51,241 nt of DNA from Chiloscyllium plagiosum (taxonomy: Eukaryota): the NCBI RefSeq assembly GCF_004010195.1, contig NC_057720.1, positions 25,162,736-25,213,976 of the forward strand. Reading direction: 5' to 3'. The position numbers and the translations under genes are program-made. Position 1 is the first letter of the stretch. The number at the start of each line of letters is the position of its first letter. Below the pieces are notes generated by a model. The model made no database searches, was not told where the DNA came from, and worked only from the letters and a program-made list of their open reading frames with translations. This document shows positions 1 to 12,337 of the stretch, piece by piece.

Positions 1-530
1 ACTGGAATGACCCCTTTATGGAACAACTTGGTTCACTGTGCAAACCTGATTCCAAGCTTTTGCCGTTTAAATTCTCAGGCTTGTGACCTCTTTCTGATAA
101 CTCTACCTAGTTCCAATGTAGCTCAACATAAGCGCTGAAGAACAGCACCTCATCTTTTGATTAGGCATTTTACCACATTCAGGTCTTCTCATTGAGTTCA
201 GTGGTTTTATTTCCTACCATTGCCTGTACTTACTGTTTTTTATCTTTTGCTCTCAACTCTCCTACTACCATTTTCTTTTGTCTTGCACCATTAGCTGTTT
301 TTACCACTTAATGTCTTCTTTATCTCGAATCCTGTCACAAAACTTCCCTTTTGTTTTTTTTTCCCCTCTTTTCCTCCCCTTTGTCTACCTTTGTAACTTG
401 CTTAAAGTCTATTGCATCACTGACTTTTACAGTCTGATAAAAAGTCAGTGACCAGATATTGTTTGATGTGCTGGCTGTTTCCAAAATTTTCTAATCTTGC
501 GTTTCCAGCATTTTGTAGTGTTTAACTTTG
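1..530 (+). mobile_element. Old, decayed Penelope-like element 3' end (GIY-YIG C-terminus plus pLTR remnant)
   Basis: ~137-205 reads EEQHLIF*LGILPHS..., resembling EEQRLIFRLGTFQPQG of the PLE at 49.9 kb. It is followed by a pyrimidine-rich tract, a decayed hammerhead-like ctgataaaaagtcagtgaccaga (434-456) and a tttccagcat tail. Confidence 0.55.
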
Positions 531-879
531 TGGTGCATAAACAGTCCCATAACTAACTTTTATTTGAATTAAATGGTCAGGTCTATCGATGTTTCAAAAA
601 AGTTAAAGAAATATTATCCATCTAAAAGAAGGAAATTGAACAAAAACCTTCAAGGAGGAATTTAATAAATTTGATTGACAAGAAAAATTGCAGAAATGTG
701 GAGAATGAGTAAGCAGTGGCTGAATTGTTCTGAAAGAACCAGCATCAACTTAATGATCTGAATGATTTTACTGCTGTTTCACCTATGGCTAAATAAGAAT
801 GATCAGATCTTATTCATTGTTTTTAACTTCCTTTATCCAGTCCAGTTTTTTTTTGTGGTATTTTCTTGACCCCGTATAA

Positions 880-1077
<198 letters not shown>

Positions 1078-2529
1078 TAAGAAGACAGCCCAGAGGACAG
1101 TGCTGCAACAATTGGCAATAAATTAGCAGTGGCCCTCCAGTCACAGTACTGGGGAAAAACTGTGATCATTAAGTAAAATTACACAGATACTACAAAAGAA
1201 GTTGTGACTAAAAAATCTGAGTGACACCAAGAAGGTATGTTCCATGTCTGACTGTGACATACTGCTGAACTAGGGAGTTTTTGTTTCTGGGTGTTAGAAA
1301 TGGAAAGGAATTCAGCTTACTATGTTGGTATTCTTTTCCTTTAGAAATGTTAAAAAAAAGTCATTATTATTTTAAAGGAGCACCTGTAATTCTGTACACT
1401 GTTTGGACAACGTTTTAAAATGAAAGCAAAACTTCAGGCTCGATTGTATTTTTGAAGTTATTCCAAGATGCATTTATTTTTATTTCACATTCTAATCAAT
1501 CTTTTATTGGACTGCCTATGACCAAAAATGTAAATTGACATATATAAAAACGCAGTACCGTCACCTTCTATTTTTTCTGATTTATTCCTAAAATTTCAAT
1601 TTACTAACTTGCAATCGTTTGCTTATTTTTATATTTACTGAAGCTTCCTTTATGTTGTCTTTGAAATATGCTTACTTCTACATTGTTCATATCTTGGTCC
1701 TTTGGGTGCCTATAAAACATTCAGTAGAAGTAATATTTTCTCAGTTGAGCTCTCGTTGGGTTTATCACAATTGCTGATTATCAGTAGTTTTGTTACATGG
1801 AAATATTACTTTTTTTTGCTTAAAAATGAATAAAATGAGGGCCGAATACCTAATTTACAACTAGCTTTTTGGAGTAAAATTATGAAGCACTTTTTTGCAT
1901 AAAGAATACTTAACTTATGGAACTTATTCCCCTAAAAGTACTACTGGACCAACTGAAATGTGAGACTGAGATCAATAGATTTCTTGTTAGTTCAAGACAT
2001 TGATGCAAATGAACAAACACAGGGCTGGCATGGTGTAATTAAATGGGGAACAGTCTCAAGGGGCTGAATAGCTTAGTGTTTTTGTATCTCTAGTAGTCCT
2101 TAATTGTAATTTTTTGTCTTATTTTATTGAAGCAAAGTAAAACAATTAAGTCATTTATTTATTTCCAACAAATACAGAGAAGCCAAGTCATTAATACACA
2201 TATCTTTCTCCCTTTCATGAGTAATATTTTCTTTTACTTCTACATCTCATTAAGGTTTCTGAAAGAAGATGAATTCTTCATAGAATAATAAAAACAGAAA
2301 ACAAATTGTTTTGGGAAAAATGTACAAGTAGTGCAGTACTCAGATAATTCATTATATTTTCCTAAACTCATACTTTGCATATAGGTTTTGGCGAGGTCTT
2401 ATTGATTTCAAGAGCAGTTTGAAGATAGGTAATAACATTAGCAGAAGAAGGTGACATACATATATAGCTCAGAGGTTGTCATGTCTTTGATTTAGCCACA
2501 CGTTGAGTTGCAGTCTCCAGAAATAAGTA

Positions 2530-3090
2530 TGATCTTATTATTATTACAGAGACATAGTCAGGAGGAGTTCAAAGCAAGGAACTTAACATTCAGGGTTATG
2601 TGACTTTGCAAAAGATCAGGCAGGAAGGAAATGGTGGTGGGGTAGCATTGTTAGTAGGGGATGGAAAAAGTGCAATACAAGAAATGATTTTCGATCAAAT
2701 GATATGGAATCCACATGGGCAGAGGTAAGAAATAAAATAAAATGTACAGGATTCTGAAGGAATTTGATAGAGTAGATGTAGAGAGGCTGTTTACCCTTGT
2801 GGGAGTGTCTAGGATCAGAAGGCATAAAACAAAAGGTCACTCTTTTCAGACCAAGATGGGGAAGAATTTCTTTGAAGGATAATGAATCTGTGGAATTGCT
2901 CAGAACAGAGGGCTGCAGAGGTTTGGTTGTTAAATATATTCAAGGCTGAGCAAGACAGATTTTTAATATGTAAGGAAATCACTGATTTTGGGGAGAAGGT
3001 AGGGAAATGAAGGTAGGGAGGATTATAGATCAGCAAAGTAGACACAGTGTGTTCAATGGCCTGTTTCTGATGCTATGTCTTATTGTTTCA
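2530..3090 (+). mobile_element. Internally deleted CR1-class LINE (APE start joined to 3' end)
   Basis: Endonuclease-like start (attacagagaca...cagggttatgtgact) jumps at ~2745 to a CR1 3' region ending gcctgtttctgatgctatgtctt. Confidence 0.65.
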
Positions 3091-4258
3091 TTCTCCTGGA
3101 AGTGTCTGTCTAGAACTAGGTTTTAATAGAAATCACAATAGCTACAAACCACTTAACAATTAACTCTTGTGACACATTGAAAACCCATATGCCACTTATT
3201 CAAATTCAAGACTCCAAACTCTATACTAAATGGTATTAAAATATATATAAATCATACGAGTTCCATCATATCTATACATCCATGTGTAGCTATTGTTATA
3301 TCTCAAGAGAAGTAGTAGTCTTAGTACTGACTCCAGAGTCTCACTGTATACTTTCCTCCAGTCCAAAAATAAAGTGTTCACCCTCTGATTCTGCTCATGA
3401 AATTTCTCTTCATATTGACACTGACCCTTTCATTCCATTGTCTTTAATTTTATTCGCAAACTTGTACCATTTTATCAAACAAAATTAATGGAAGTCCATT
3501 AATACCACATCGCCCTCAGCACCATTTACTTTTGAAAAGATTTGTGCTGGATTTCATAATCCACACGTGTCCTGATTTATCCGAGATAAATATTTCTAAG
3601 AGCATTTCTAAGAGCACCACAGTTAAGCTAACCTGCCTGTAGTTGCTGGGTTTATTCTTAAATCCTTTTTGGATTTAAGTGTGTTGTTGCAAATTTCCAG
3701 CCTTCTGGCTTTATCTTGGATCCTGTATTAGAAGATTATGGCCATCACCTCTGCAATTCTCACCTTTCATTCTGTACCCTCAGATCCACACCACTGCTTT
3801 CCTGATGACTTTACTCTGATGGTTTTGATTTGGAATTCCTTCCATGCATTTAAGTTTTACACTTTGCTAAAATAACTAGTCAGGTGACAATAAAATGCTA
3901 AACTATTGAAAAACAAATTGGGCACTAAACCAAGAGTCTAAGAATGCAAGGAATGTGAATCTTTAATTCAAGTTTGCAGAGATTTAGTACAAGTTTGTTC
4001 TAATTAGACCGATTTACTTTATCATTGGTTTCTTTACTGGGTTGACAGATGATGCATGGTGAGCTCTTGCTTGCTCATTACCTGATTAGGTCAGAATTTA
4101 TATAGAGAATTACTTTATTCGCAAAAAGTTGAAGTCACATGCTTACATATTAAGCCACAATAATATTGTACTGTAATAATACAGTAAAGTGCATATAGCC
4201 TAGTATTTGACCACTGATACCTGCTTTCTTCCTTAACACTTTATCACTTTTCTTCCAG

Positions 4259-4382
4259 ACTGTCTGAAACAACATGCAGTGGCAATCCACTGGACTGGGA
4301 CAGGGAGAGTCAGCCCCCACTGTCTTCTCGTTCACTGGCTTTAACACGTAGCCAGGAACCGATACTTGTTGATGAACTAGGG
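4259..4382 (+). CDS. SZT2: SZT2 internal coding exon (window exon 2)
   Basis: tcttccag| ... ggg|gtaaag; phase 2-0; LSETTCSGNPLDWDRESQPPLSSRSLALTRSQEPILVDELG. Confidence 0.93.
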
Positions 4383-4477
4383 GTAAAGTCGAACATTGAT
4401 CTTTTTATGTACCTCACATTTTTACCTGGATTAGTTTTGACTTTGCTCATAATTCTTTCCTTTTATGTTTAATCCAG

Positions 4478-4589
4478 AGTTCCAGACCCTTTGTGGATTC
4501 CACTCCCTCTCGAACTGCAGAGTCATCCCGACCTGTTGGCCAAGTAGATAAGCACATTCTACTGATGGTACATGGTGTTGGACAAGCAG
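4478..4589 (+). CDS. SZT2: SZT2 internal coding exon (window exon 3)
   Basis: aatccag| ... gcag|gtagga; phase 0-1; SSRPFVDSTPSRTAESSRPVGQVDKHILLMVHGVGQA(G); preceded by a 95-bp intron. Confidence 0.95.
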
Positions 4590-5042
4590 GTAGGATTGCA
4601 ACTTCTGATGATAAGTCAGAAGCATCCTAGCAATTTGGGAACAAAATTGCTGCAGAGTTCGAAAATGTATCCTACAGTAACAAATGAAATCACAAAATGA
4701 TCAGCAATCAGACTGCCAAAATGGCAAGTTAGCTGTAAAAGTCTGACATGCTGTATTAAGGGAACACTTTTAATCAAAATCCTTTGTAGCACTCTTACTC
4801 TAGACACTGATTGAAGTGTTATCTGTGCTATCAGCCAAGGTTGAGGTCAAGGCTGAGCAATCAGCTAACCAAACACATTTGTACAGATTGTGCCTTCTGC
4901 CTCAAATTGAATTTTTGCCTCTACGTCATCAGTCATTTCAAATGAAATTCTGAATTTAGAGTCAATTGACACTGCACGAATCTCCAAGCATCTAATATTT
5001 GAAAATCCAAGGAAGAAAAATTTGTATTTCTATATCAGCTTA

Positions 5043-7326
5043 GGGTCATAGAGACATACATCGTGGAAACAGGCCCTTCAGTCCAACTCTTCCATGGTGA
5101 CTAGATATCCTATTCCCGTTTGCTAGCATGTGGCTCATATCCCTTTAAAAGTCTTTCTATTCATATACCCATCCAGATGCCTTTTAAATATTGTAATTGT
5201 ATCAGCTTCTACCACTTCCTCTGGCAGTTCATTCCATACGGGCCACTCACTGCATGAAAACGTTGCTCCTTAGGTCCCTTATAAATCTTTCCCCTCTCAC
5301 CTTAAACCTGTGCCCTCCAGGTTTGGACTCCCCTACCCCTACCCTGAGGAAAGGACATTAAGTGTTCACCCTATCCATGCCTCTCATGATTTTATAAATT
5401 CCCATAAGGTCATCTCATAGCTCCAACGATCCAGGGAAAATAGCCTCAGCCTATTCAATCTCCCCATATAGCTCAAACCCTCCAACCCTGGCAACATCCT
5501 TATAAATCTTTTCCAAACCCTTCAAATTTCACAACATTTTTTCTATACCTGGAAGACCAGAATTGAACATAGTATTCCAAAAGTGGCCTAACCAATGTCC
5601 TATACAGCCGCTACATGATCTCCCAAGTCCTCTACTCAATGCTCTGACCAATAAAGGCAAGTGTACCAAACGCTGCCTTCACTATCCTGATCACTTGCAA
5701 CTCCACTTTCAAGGAGCTATGAACCTGCACTCCAAAGTCTCTCTGCTTGGCATCACTCCACAGGGCCTTCCAATTAAGTGTATACGTTCAGCCCTGATTT
5801 ACCTTCCCAAAATGCAGTACCTTACATTTTTCTAAATTAAACTCCATCTGCCATTTCTCAGCCCATTGGCCTATCTGGTCAAGATCCTGTTGTAATCTGA
5901 GGTAACCTTCTTTGCTGTCCACTACACCTCCAATTTTGGTGTGATCTGCAAACTTACTAACCATACCTCCTATGTTCACATCCAAATCATTTATATAAAT
6001 GTTAAAAAGCAGTGGACCCAGCACCGATCCTTGTGGCGCACCACTGATCACAAGCCTCCAATCTGAAAAATAACCCTCCACCACCACCCTCTGTCTTCTA
6101 CCTTTGAGCCAGTTTTGTATGCATATGGATAGTTCTCCCTGTATTCTGAGATCTCACCTTGCTAACCAGTCTACCATGTGGAACCTTGACAGACGCCTTA
6201 CTGACATCCATATTATCCACGTCCACTGCTCTGCCTTTATTAATCATCTTCATCACTTCCTCAAAAAACCCAATCAAGTTAGTCAGATACGATTTCCTAC
6301 ACACAGAGCCATGTTGACGATCCCTAATCAGTCCTTCCCTCTCCAAATACATGTAAATCCTGACCCTCCGAATCCCCTCCAACAACTTGCTCACCACCAA
6401 TGTCAGGCTCACTGGTCTATAGTTCCATGGCTTTTCTTTAGATTAGATTAGACTATTTACACTGTGGAAACAGACCCTTAGGCCCAACAGGTCCGCACCG
6501 ACCCTCCGAAGAGCAACCCACCCAGACCCATTCCCCTACATTACCCTTTCACCTCACACTACGGGCAATTTAGCATGGCCAACTCACCTAAACTGCACAT
6601 TTTTGGACTGTGGGAGGCAACCGGAGCACCCGGAGGGAACCTACGTAGACACTGGGAGAACATGCAAACTTCACACAGACAGTTGCCTGAGGCGGGAATT
6701 GAACCCAGGTCTCTGGCGCTGTGAGGCAGCAATGCGTGCCACTGTGCCGCCCTTATCACCTTTCTTAAATAATGGTACCACGTTAGCCAGCCTCCAGTTT
6801 TCTGGCACCTCACCTAAGGCTATCGATGTTGCAAATATTTCAGCAAGGGGCCCAGCAATCACTTCCCTAGATTCCCACAAAGTTCTGGAGTACACCAGAT
6901 CAGGTCCTGGAGGTATATCCACCTTTTTTGCATTTTAAGACATCCATCACCTCCTCCACTGTGATATGGACACATTTCAAGATATCGCTATTTATTCTAC
7001 TAAGTTCTCTAGTTTCCATATCCTTCTCCATAGTAAATACTGGTGCAAAATACTTGTTTAGTATCTTAGCATCTCCTGCAGCTCCACAATTGGTGACCTT
7101 GCTGATCTTAAAGGGGCCCTAATCTCTCCCTAGTTATTCTTTTGTCCTTATTGTATTTGTAGAATCTCTTTGGATTCTCCTTAACTCTATTTACCAAAGC
7201 CATCTTGTGTCCCAGCAATGTTTGCCCTCCTGATTTCCCTCTTGAGTATACTCCTACTGCCCTTATACTGTTCTAGGGGTTTACTGGGTCCCTGCTCTCT
7301 GTATCTGACATATGCTTCCTTCTTTT
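5043..7326 (-). mobile_element. 5'-truncated CR1/HER1-like LINE (RT region to 3' tail), interrupted by an HE1 SINE
   Basis: Broken ORF2 pieces with PQGSVLGPLLF, KFADHTKIGG and WRLANVVPLFKKG; 3' end gaagggcctgtttcc...ctctatgac. Confidence 0.93.
6438..6752 (-). mobile_element. HE1-type V-SINE nested in the CR1 LINE
   Basis: tRNA-like head gggcggcacagtggc...ggttcaattcc, V-domain core ggtttcctccgggtgctccgg-like, (taatc)n tail; splits the LINE codons GDK/EKP. Confidence 0.92.
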
Positions 7327-7456
7327 GTTACGTGATCTTAAAGGGTTTTAAAGCCGATGAAGTTCTTTCTGAAATGAGGCATGGAATTTCTGCTCCAAGA
7401 AATGGTGAATTTGTAGATGGCAATGGGCTGGTGACATATCTAAACCCTGCAAAGTA

Positions 7457-7822
7457 GCCTGCCATCCATTTACTCCATCTATACTTCCTGCTGCCTCAGG
7501 AAAACAATCAACATAATCAAAGACACCTTCCATCCTAGTGCTACTCTGTTCCACCCTCTTCCATTAGGCGTAAGATATAAAAGTTTGTGTACATGTACAA
7601 ATAGATTCAAGAACAGCTTCTTCCCCGCTGTAATTAGTCTTCTGAATGGACTGCTCAAATTTTAAATGTACTGTTGATCTCGCTGTCTGTGCACCTTCTG
7701 TGCTGCCGTAACGTATTATTTACTCTGTGATATTATCCTATGTACTTTGTATGGTACGACATGCAAAACAAAACTTTTCACTGTACCTAGGTACATATGA
7801 CAATAATAAATCAAATCAAATT
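7457..7822 (+). mobile_element. Rex1/Babar-like LINE 3' end
   Basis: Translates LPSIYSIYTSCCLRKTINIIKDTFHPSATLFHPLPLGVRYKSL...NRFKNSFFPAVISLLN; tail aataaatcaaatcaaa. Confidence 0.75.
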
Positions 7823-8776
7823 GCTCATTAGATCACACACCTGACCATTTGCTTTTAGGATAATTTGTTAGGTGATTTTTCTGTCTGACGTTGTGGGTAC
7901 CTGAAATGAGATTCTTATTTTTTCACAAGAAGGATATGGCGAAAATGTTGTTTGTAACTTTACTACTATATGAATGCAATACAGAAAGTCACAGAGTACT
8001 AACATAAGCAAATTGTTGTGCACTGCAACATATAAAAGGTGAATTAGTGAGATATCTTTATCTATTCAGACTACACATTTTCTAGAATTCTAAAATAATA
8101 AAAGATTATACAGTTACAGACTTGAACATACATTGTTACTAAAATAACTCCAAACAATAAGTTTAATCAAATCTATTTGCTTTTTTCTAAGACACTACAA
8201 AATAAAACAAAACACATCTATTATTAAGATTTTCTTTTCCCCAGTAACTTCCTCCTTGACTTATTCTGTTGCCCTTTAAGGATTGGAAAGATGTTAACTT
8301 GACTCTGTGCAATCTTCAAAGTTGAATTTCTCACATTCAGGCTCTCTGAAGTGGAGCTTCTGACATTTGCCCTTTAGTTTTAAAATACCGTAGTTTGTTC
8401 TTTTCATCCAATGGTGCATTTCTTTGTCAAGTGAGGCTAAGCAGAGTCATATCATCTGAAGTAACGAAAACCTACACCAATTACAGTTAAGCAGAATAAT
8501 ATATTAGGCAAATTTATGAATATACTTTGTGTGATTATAACTAAATTAAATTAATCATGAAATGTTAAATTACCTACTAGTACAATATGATCTTCAGCAC
8601 AGTAGTGGAAGGTGTCAAGGCAATGCTAGGACCACTTAGGCCTGTCAATTGAAATATATTGGAATCAGCTGTTTATAACACAAGTCCAGTGAAAACACTT
8701 GTTAATGTAGATGCAAGTGCACATTTAATAGTTTGGTGTATTTGTGCACATTAGTCAGCCTTGCACTTCACAGTAA

Positions 8777-8950
<174 letters not shown>

Positions 8951-9337
8951 TGAACATGAAAGAGAGCTGGTGACTGGGTGTACCAATACTTCCAGTCTCT
9001 CTGCTGTCTAATTACTTCCTAATTGAATGTATGAAACAGATGTTACTCCTTTTAATCTGTTTTTACCTAAATGATATGAAAACTGATGTCAGCTCTTTTT
9101 ATTAAAGCTACGTTTGTAAAAGGTTCAGTGTCCATTGCTGAGACAAGAGGTGAGACTCATTTATTTTGTGAGCTTTGTGAACCGTCACAGATTCACCAGC
9201 TCCAACTCTGGCTGGTGAATGATCTCTGGTGAAAGAAAATGCTACCACACTTTCAACCATTACTGTAATGTAAAAGCTTCACTAGTCAAGAAATAAGTTA
9301 ATGGTAATTAAGGATCATTGTTATACCATAGACACAG

Positions 9338-9410
9338 AGGCTGGAGAAGTTCAGCAGGAGAGAGAAACAGAGTTAACATGCTGAGTCTGGTATAACTCAT
9401 CAGATGGAAG

Positions 9411-9469
<59 letters not shown>

Positions 9470-9556
9470 TTCCCTGCACAGATGCTGCCAGACCTGCTGA
9501 GTTTCTGCAGCATTCTCTTTTTTTCAGATTTCTAATATCCATGGTATTTTGCTTTC
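9338..9556. mobile_element. Decayed PLE-derived fold-back element containing a (TC)n microsatellite
   Basis: gctggagaagttcagcagg is imperfectly complementary to cctgctgagtttctgcagc; minus-strand ctgatga at 9397-9403 lacks an intact GAAA; tail ttcagatttc...ttttgcttt. Confidence 0.6.
9413..9463. repeat. (TC)n microsatellite, ~25 units
   Basis: Directly visible. Confidence 0.98.
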
Positions 9557-10107
9557 ATTAAGGAAGAGTCTTCGTTGATTCTTGTTGGGTTGTAATGTTA
9601 CAAAAAAAATCCACAGGATGGCAGTAATGGATCATTATAATAATGGACACTCCGATTTTGTATTTGAGATAGAAAGATATGATTTTAAACTTTAATGTGG
9701 TTGTGATGATTTAAAAATAGCTCTTCTACATTTTTATTTGCTTGATTTTAGTACTTTTAGATAGTCATTAAGAATTTTGTATCGATCCATAATAATAAAG
9801 CCTGTCCTGTCATTTTCTTCAAAGCTTTTGATCTCAAGCCACATGTTTCAGCACGCAAAGTTCTATACCTCTCCTTCTCCTGAGTGTTGTTCAGGGTGAA
9901 ATCAATAATTTGAGCACTGTTTTTGGTACTGATAAAAGTTAGTTGTCTAGTCAGCAATAAAATATTAAAGCACCATTATTTTTCTGACAACAATTCATTG
10001 TAGCTCATTCCAAAATTAAGTTTTTTATAATTGAGATAATTCAGATTCAATGCTCTAGTAAGTTTTTAACTAGTTGATTTTTGAAAACCTATTTTTTTTC
10101 TTTGCAG

Positions 10108-10272
10108 TTTATACAGCCGCCTGGCACACCACCAACTGAAGTGGTGCAGTTCACAATCTCAAACTGCTGTCTACCTTGGCTGCATGCTGTCGCATATTAC
10201 CTGCGTCAGAACCTACTGATATTCCTTCATACTCCAAAGTACACAGACAGTAATGTAGAACACCACTTCCAG
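10108..10272 (+). CDS. SZT2: SZT2 internal coding exon (window exon 5)
   Basis: tttgcag| ... cag|gtaact; phase 0-0; [55 protein letters not shown]. Confidence 0.97.
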
Positions 10273-10669
10273 GTAACTAGCAGTATCTGTCACTTATCCC
10301 TAAATACAGAAAACATAATATTCACCCTATTAAGTAAGACATAGTGAGATAATGCACTTTGTGTCTCTGTGTCTTGATTTCTTTAAATCTAACCAGAACT
10401 ATCTCTGACTGCATCCAACTTTACGGTTTTGGATTCTGTAGCTTTTATTTTGTGCGCCTGATATTTGTGATTTCACTCTGGTTTTTAATGGGCTGACTGG
10501 TGGAAATAATTTGCATGACAGATTTTTCAGCCCAGTTTTAAGTATGATTAAGATAATCTTTTTAACTAAGACTAAAATCAAACATTGAACTGGTGTAGAA
10601 TCATGGTCTGAATGTTAATGCACTGCTAGTTATTACAACTCACCGAACATCCTAAATAATTAAGTGGGA

Positions 10670-11240
10670 GGGCAAAGTTTGACTTTAATTTTAAAAATTC
10701 TGAGCATATTCAAAATCCAGGCTGTCTTGTCGATGGCGCAGTACGACCTGGGAGATCCATCAGATCTGATCTTTTGCCCCTACAGGCCAATGCTCAAAAC
10801 AGCACTGTTGGCTTACTCACCAGTACCTTGGCTGTACCCCACCTGCTCTCAGCTTTGCTGGAGGCGTAATTGAGTCGCATGTCAGAATTCCCTTCTTTTT
10901 AACATCCTATAAAAGAGTCCAGCTGCAATTTTCCACTCAGCTTCCAGGTTCATCCAGGTGAGATCAATGAGTTTATCTGTCTGGATGCAACTCCATTTTG
11001 AAGCACTACTGCCTTTATTTAGCTCCTTGAAACTCCTTTCAAGCAGGTTTGCCTCAGTTCAAACTGCCAGCTTCAAGGATACACCCACTGCCCTTAATTG
11101 GACAGCAAGCCTGTCCTCAAACCATTAATTATATTGTAGGGAAAAGCACCGTAAGTAAATGTTTCTCAAGTAATGCAGGCTTCTCATTCACAGTTGAGCT
11201 TGACCGCAGAGTTCAGAAGCCCACGGGGAAACTTTTGCCC
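10670..11240. mobile_element. Possible old Harbinger-like MITE
   Basis: Imperfect terminal inverted repeats gggcaaagttt (10670-10680) and aaacttttgccc (11229-11240) around a GC-richer block; no clean TSD. Confidence 0.3.
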
Positions 11241-11628
11241 ATTGTACTTGTAATGTTGCTGTACCTGTCCAAAGTTTAACATGAGCATATGCTTATCATT
11301 TAATCTAATATCTGTGAAGTTATTTTGAATTTGTTAATTGTACACTGTGAAACTACTGGAGGTGATGCAAAGTTTGGAGTTCCAAATATGATTGAGTTGT
11401 TCCCTTTTTCTCATTGTACATTCTGTATTGTCGACAAACCAACACATCAATCATGGTACAAGGCTACGAGTAAAATGTTGTCTTTCATCCAGTATGCACT
11501 ATACATGTGCAAGTGTCTTTTTTTCTCTGAAAATTGTACAAAGGAAGGAATTTGTGACTGCTTTGTGAGAATTAATTTGATTTTAATGGTGAATTTGTTG
11601 TGTTTGTTGTGAAATTTGTTTTCTACAG

Positions 11629-11710
11629 CACTACACGCATGGAAAAAATGTATCTGATGCAGACATCTATCTCTACAATAAACCTGGTGGTCAAGGAACT
11701 GGTGGGAAAG
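11629..11710 (+). CDS. SZT2: SZT2 internal coding exon (window exon 6)
   Basis: ttctacag| ... aaag|gtaaca; phase 0-1; HYTHGKNVSDADIYLYNKPGGQGTGGK(G). Confidence 0.96.
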
Positions 11711-12337
11711 GTAACATAAATCTTCCTTTACAGCAGTTGATTTATGTGTACAGTATTAGTTTTTAAAAAATACTATATTCTGTTTCCATTTTGTTTTGTA
11801 AATAGAAGATTAGCAACTACATTAAATGTTTTATCATTCATTCATCTCAACTTAAAATTGGATATTCTGTCATTGGTACAGGGTAAGGCTGCTGTTTCTA
11901 AATCTTAATGTGCACATAAGGTCATTGTTCTGGTCAGTTGCACATCTAGCTTCATTCTAAAACATGTTCACTGTCATGGGAATATTTCAAATTTCTTCAC
12001 TCTTTTCATATCTGTTATATTTTCAAATGCTTGTAAAGTAAAGGTTTAGAAACATAACAATAATATTTGTATTGAATGCCTTGGTAAGTTTTCTGCACTT
12101 TAATCTGTTTTCATTGTCTTCTAGCCATTATGTAACCTCAAGATCTGACTTTGTTTTGATATCAGTGGAAGAGGTTGATTTGACTATCTGGTTAGGTTGA
12201 AAATTACTCTGATATGATTTTGTGCAGTATTGCTTCTTGGGCTGAGATTTTAAAAAGCTGCATCCTTATGAAAGTATTCTTCCAGGTCATTCATGAACTG
12301 TTTGCTATCTAACTTACACTCTCAAAATTTATGTCCT

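Noticed and set aside
3592..3615. 12-bp tandem duplication (also a 14-bp one at 41606-41633)
   Set aside because: Ordinary local slippage; two units, no spacers, not CRISPR-like.
7327..7457. Protein-looking frame YVILKGFKADEVLSEMRHG... between two LINEs
   Set aside because: No splice signals or recognisable homology; short enough to be chance.
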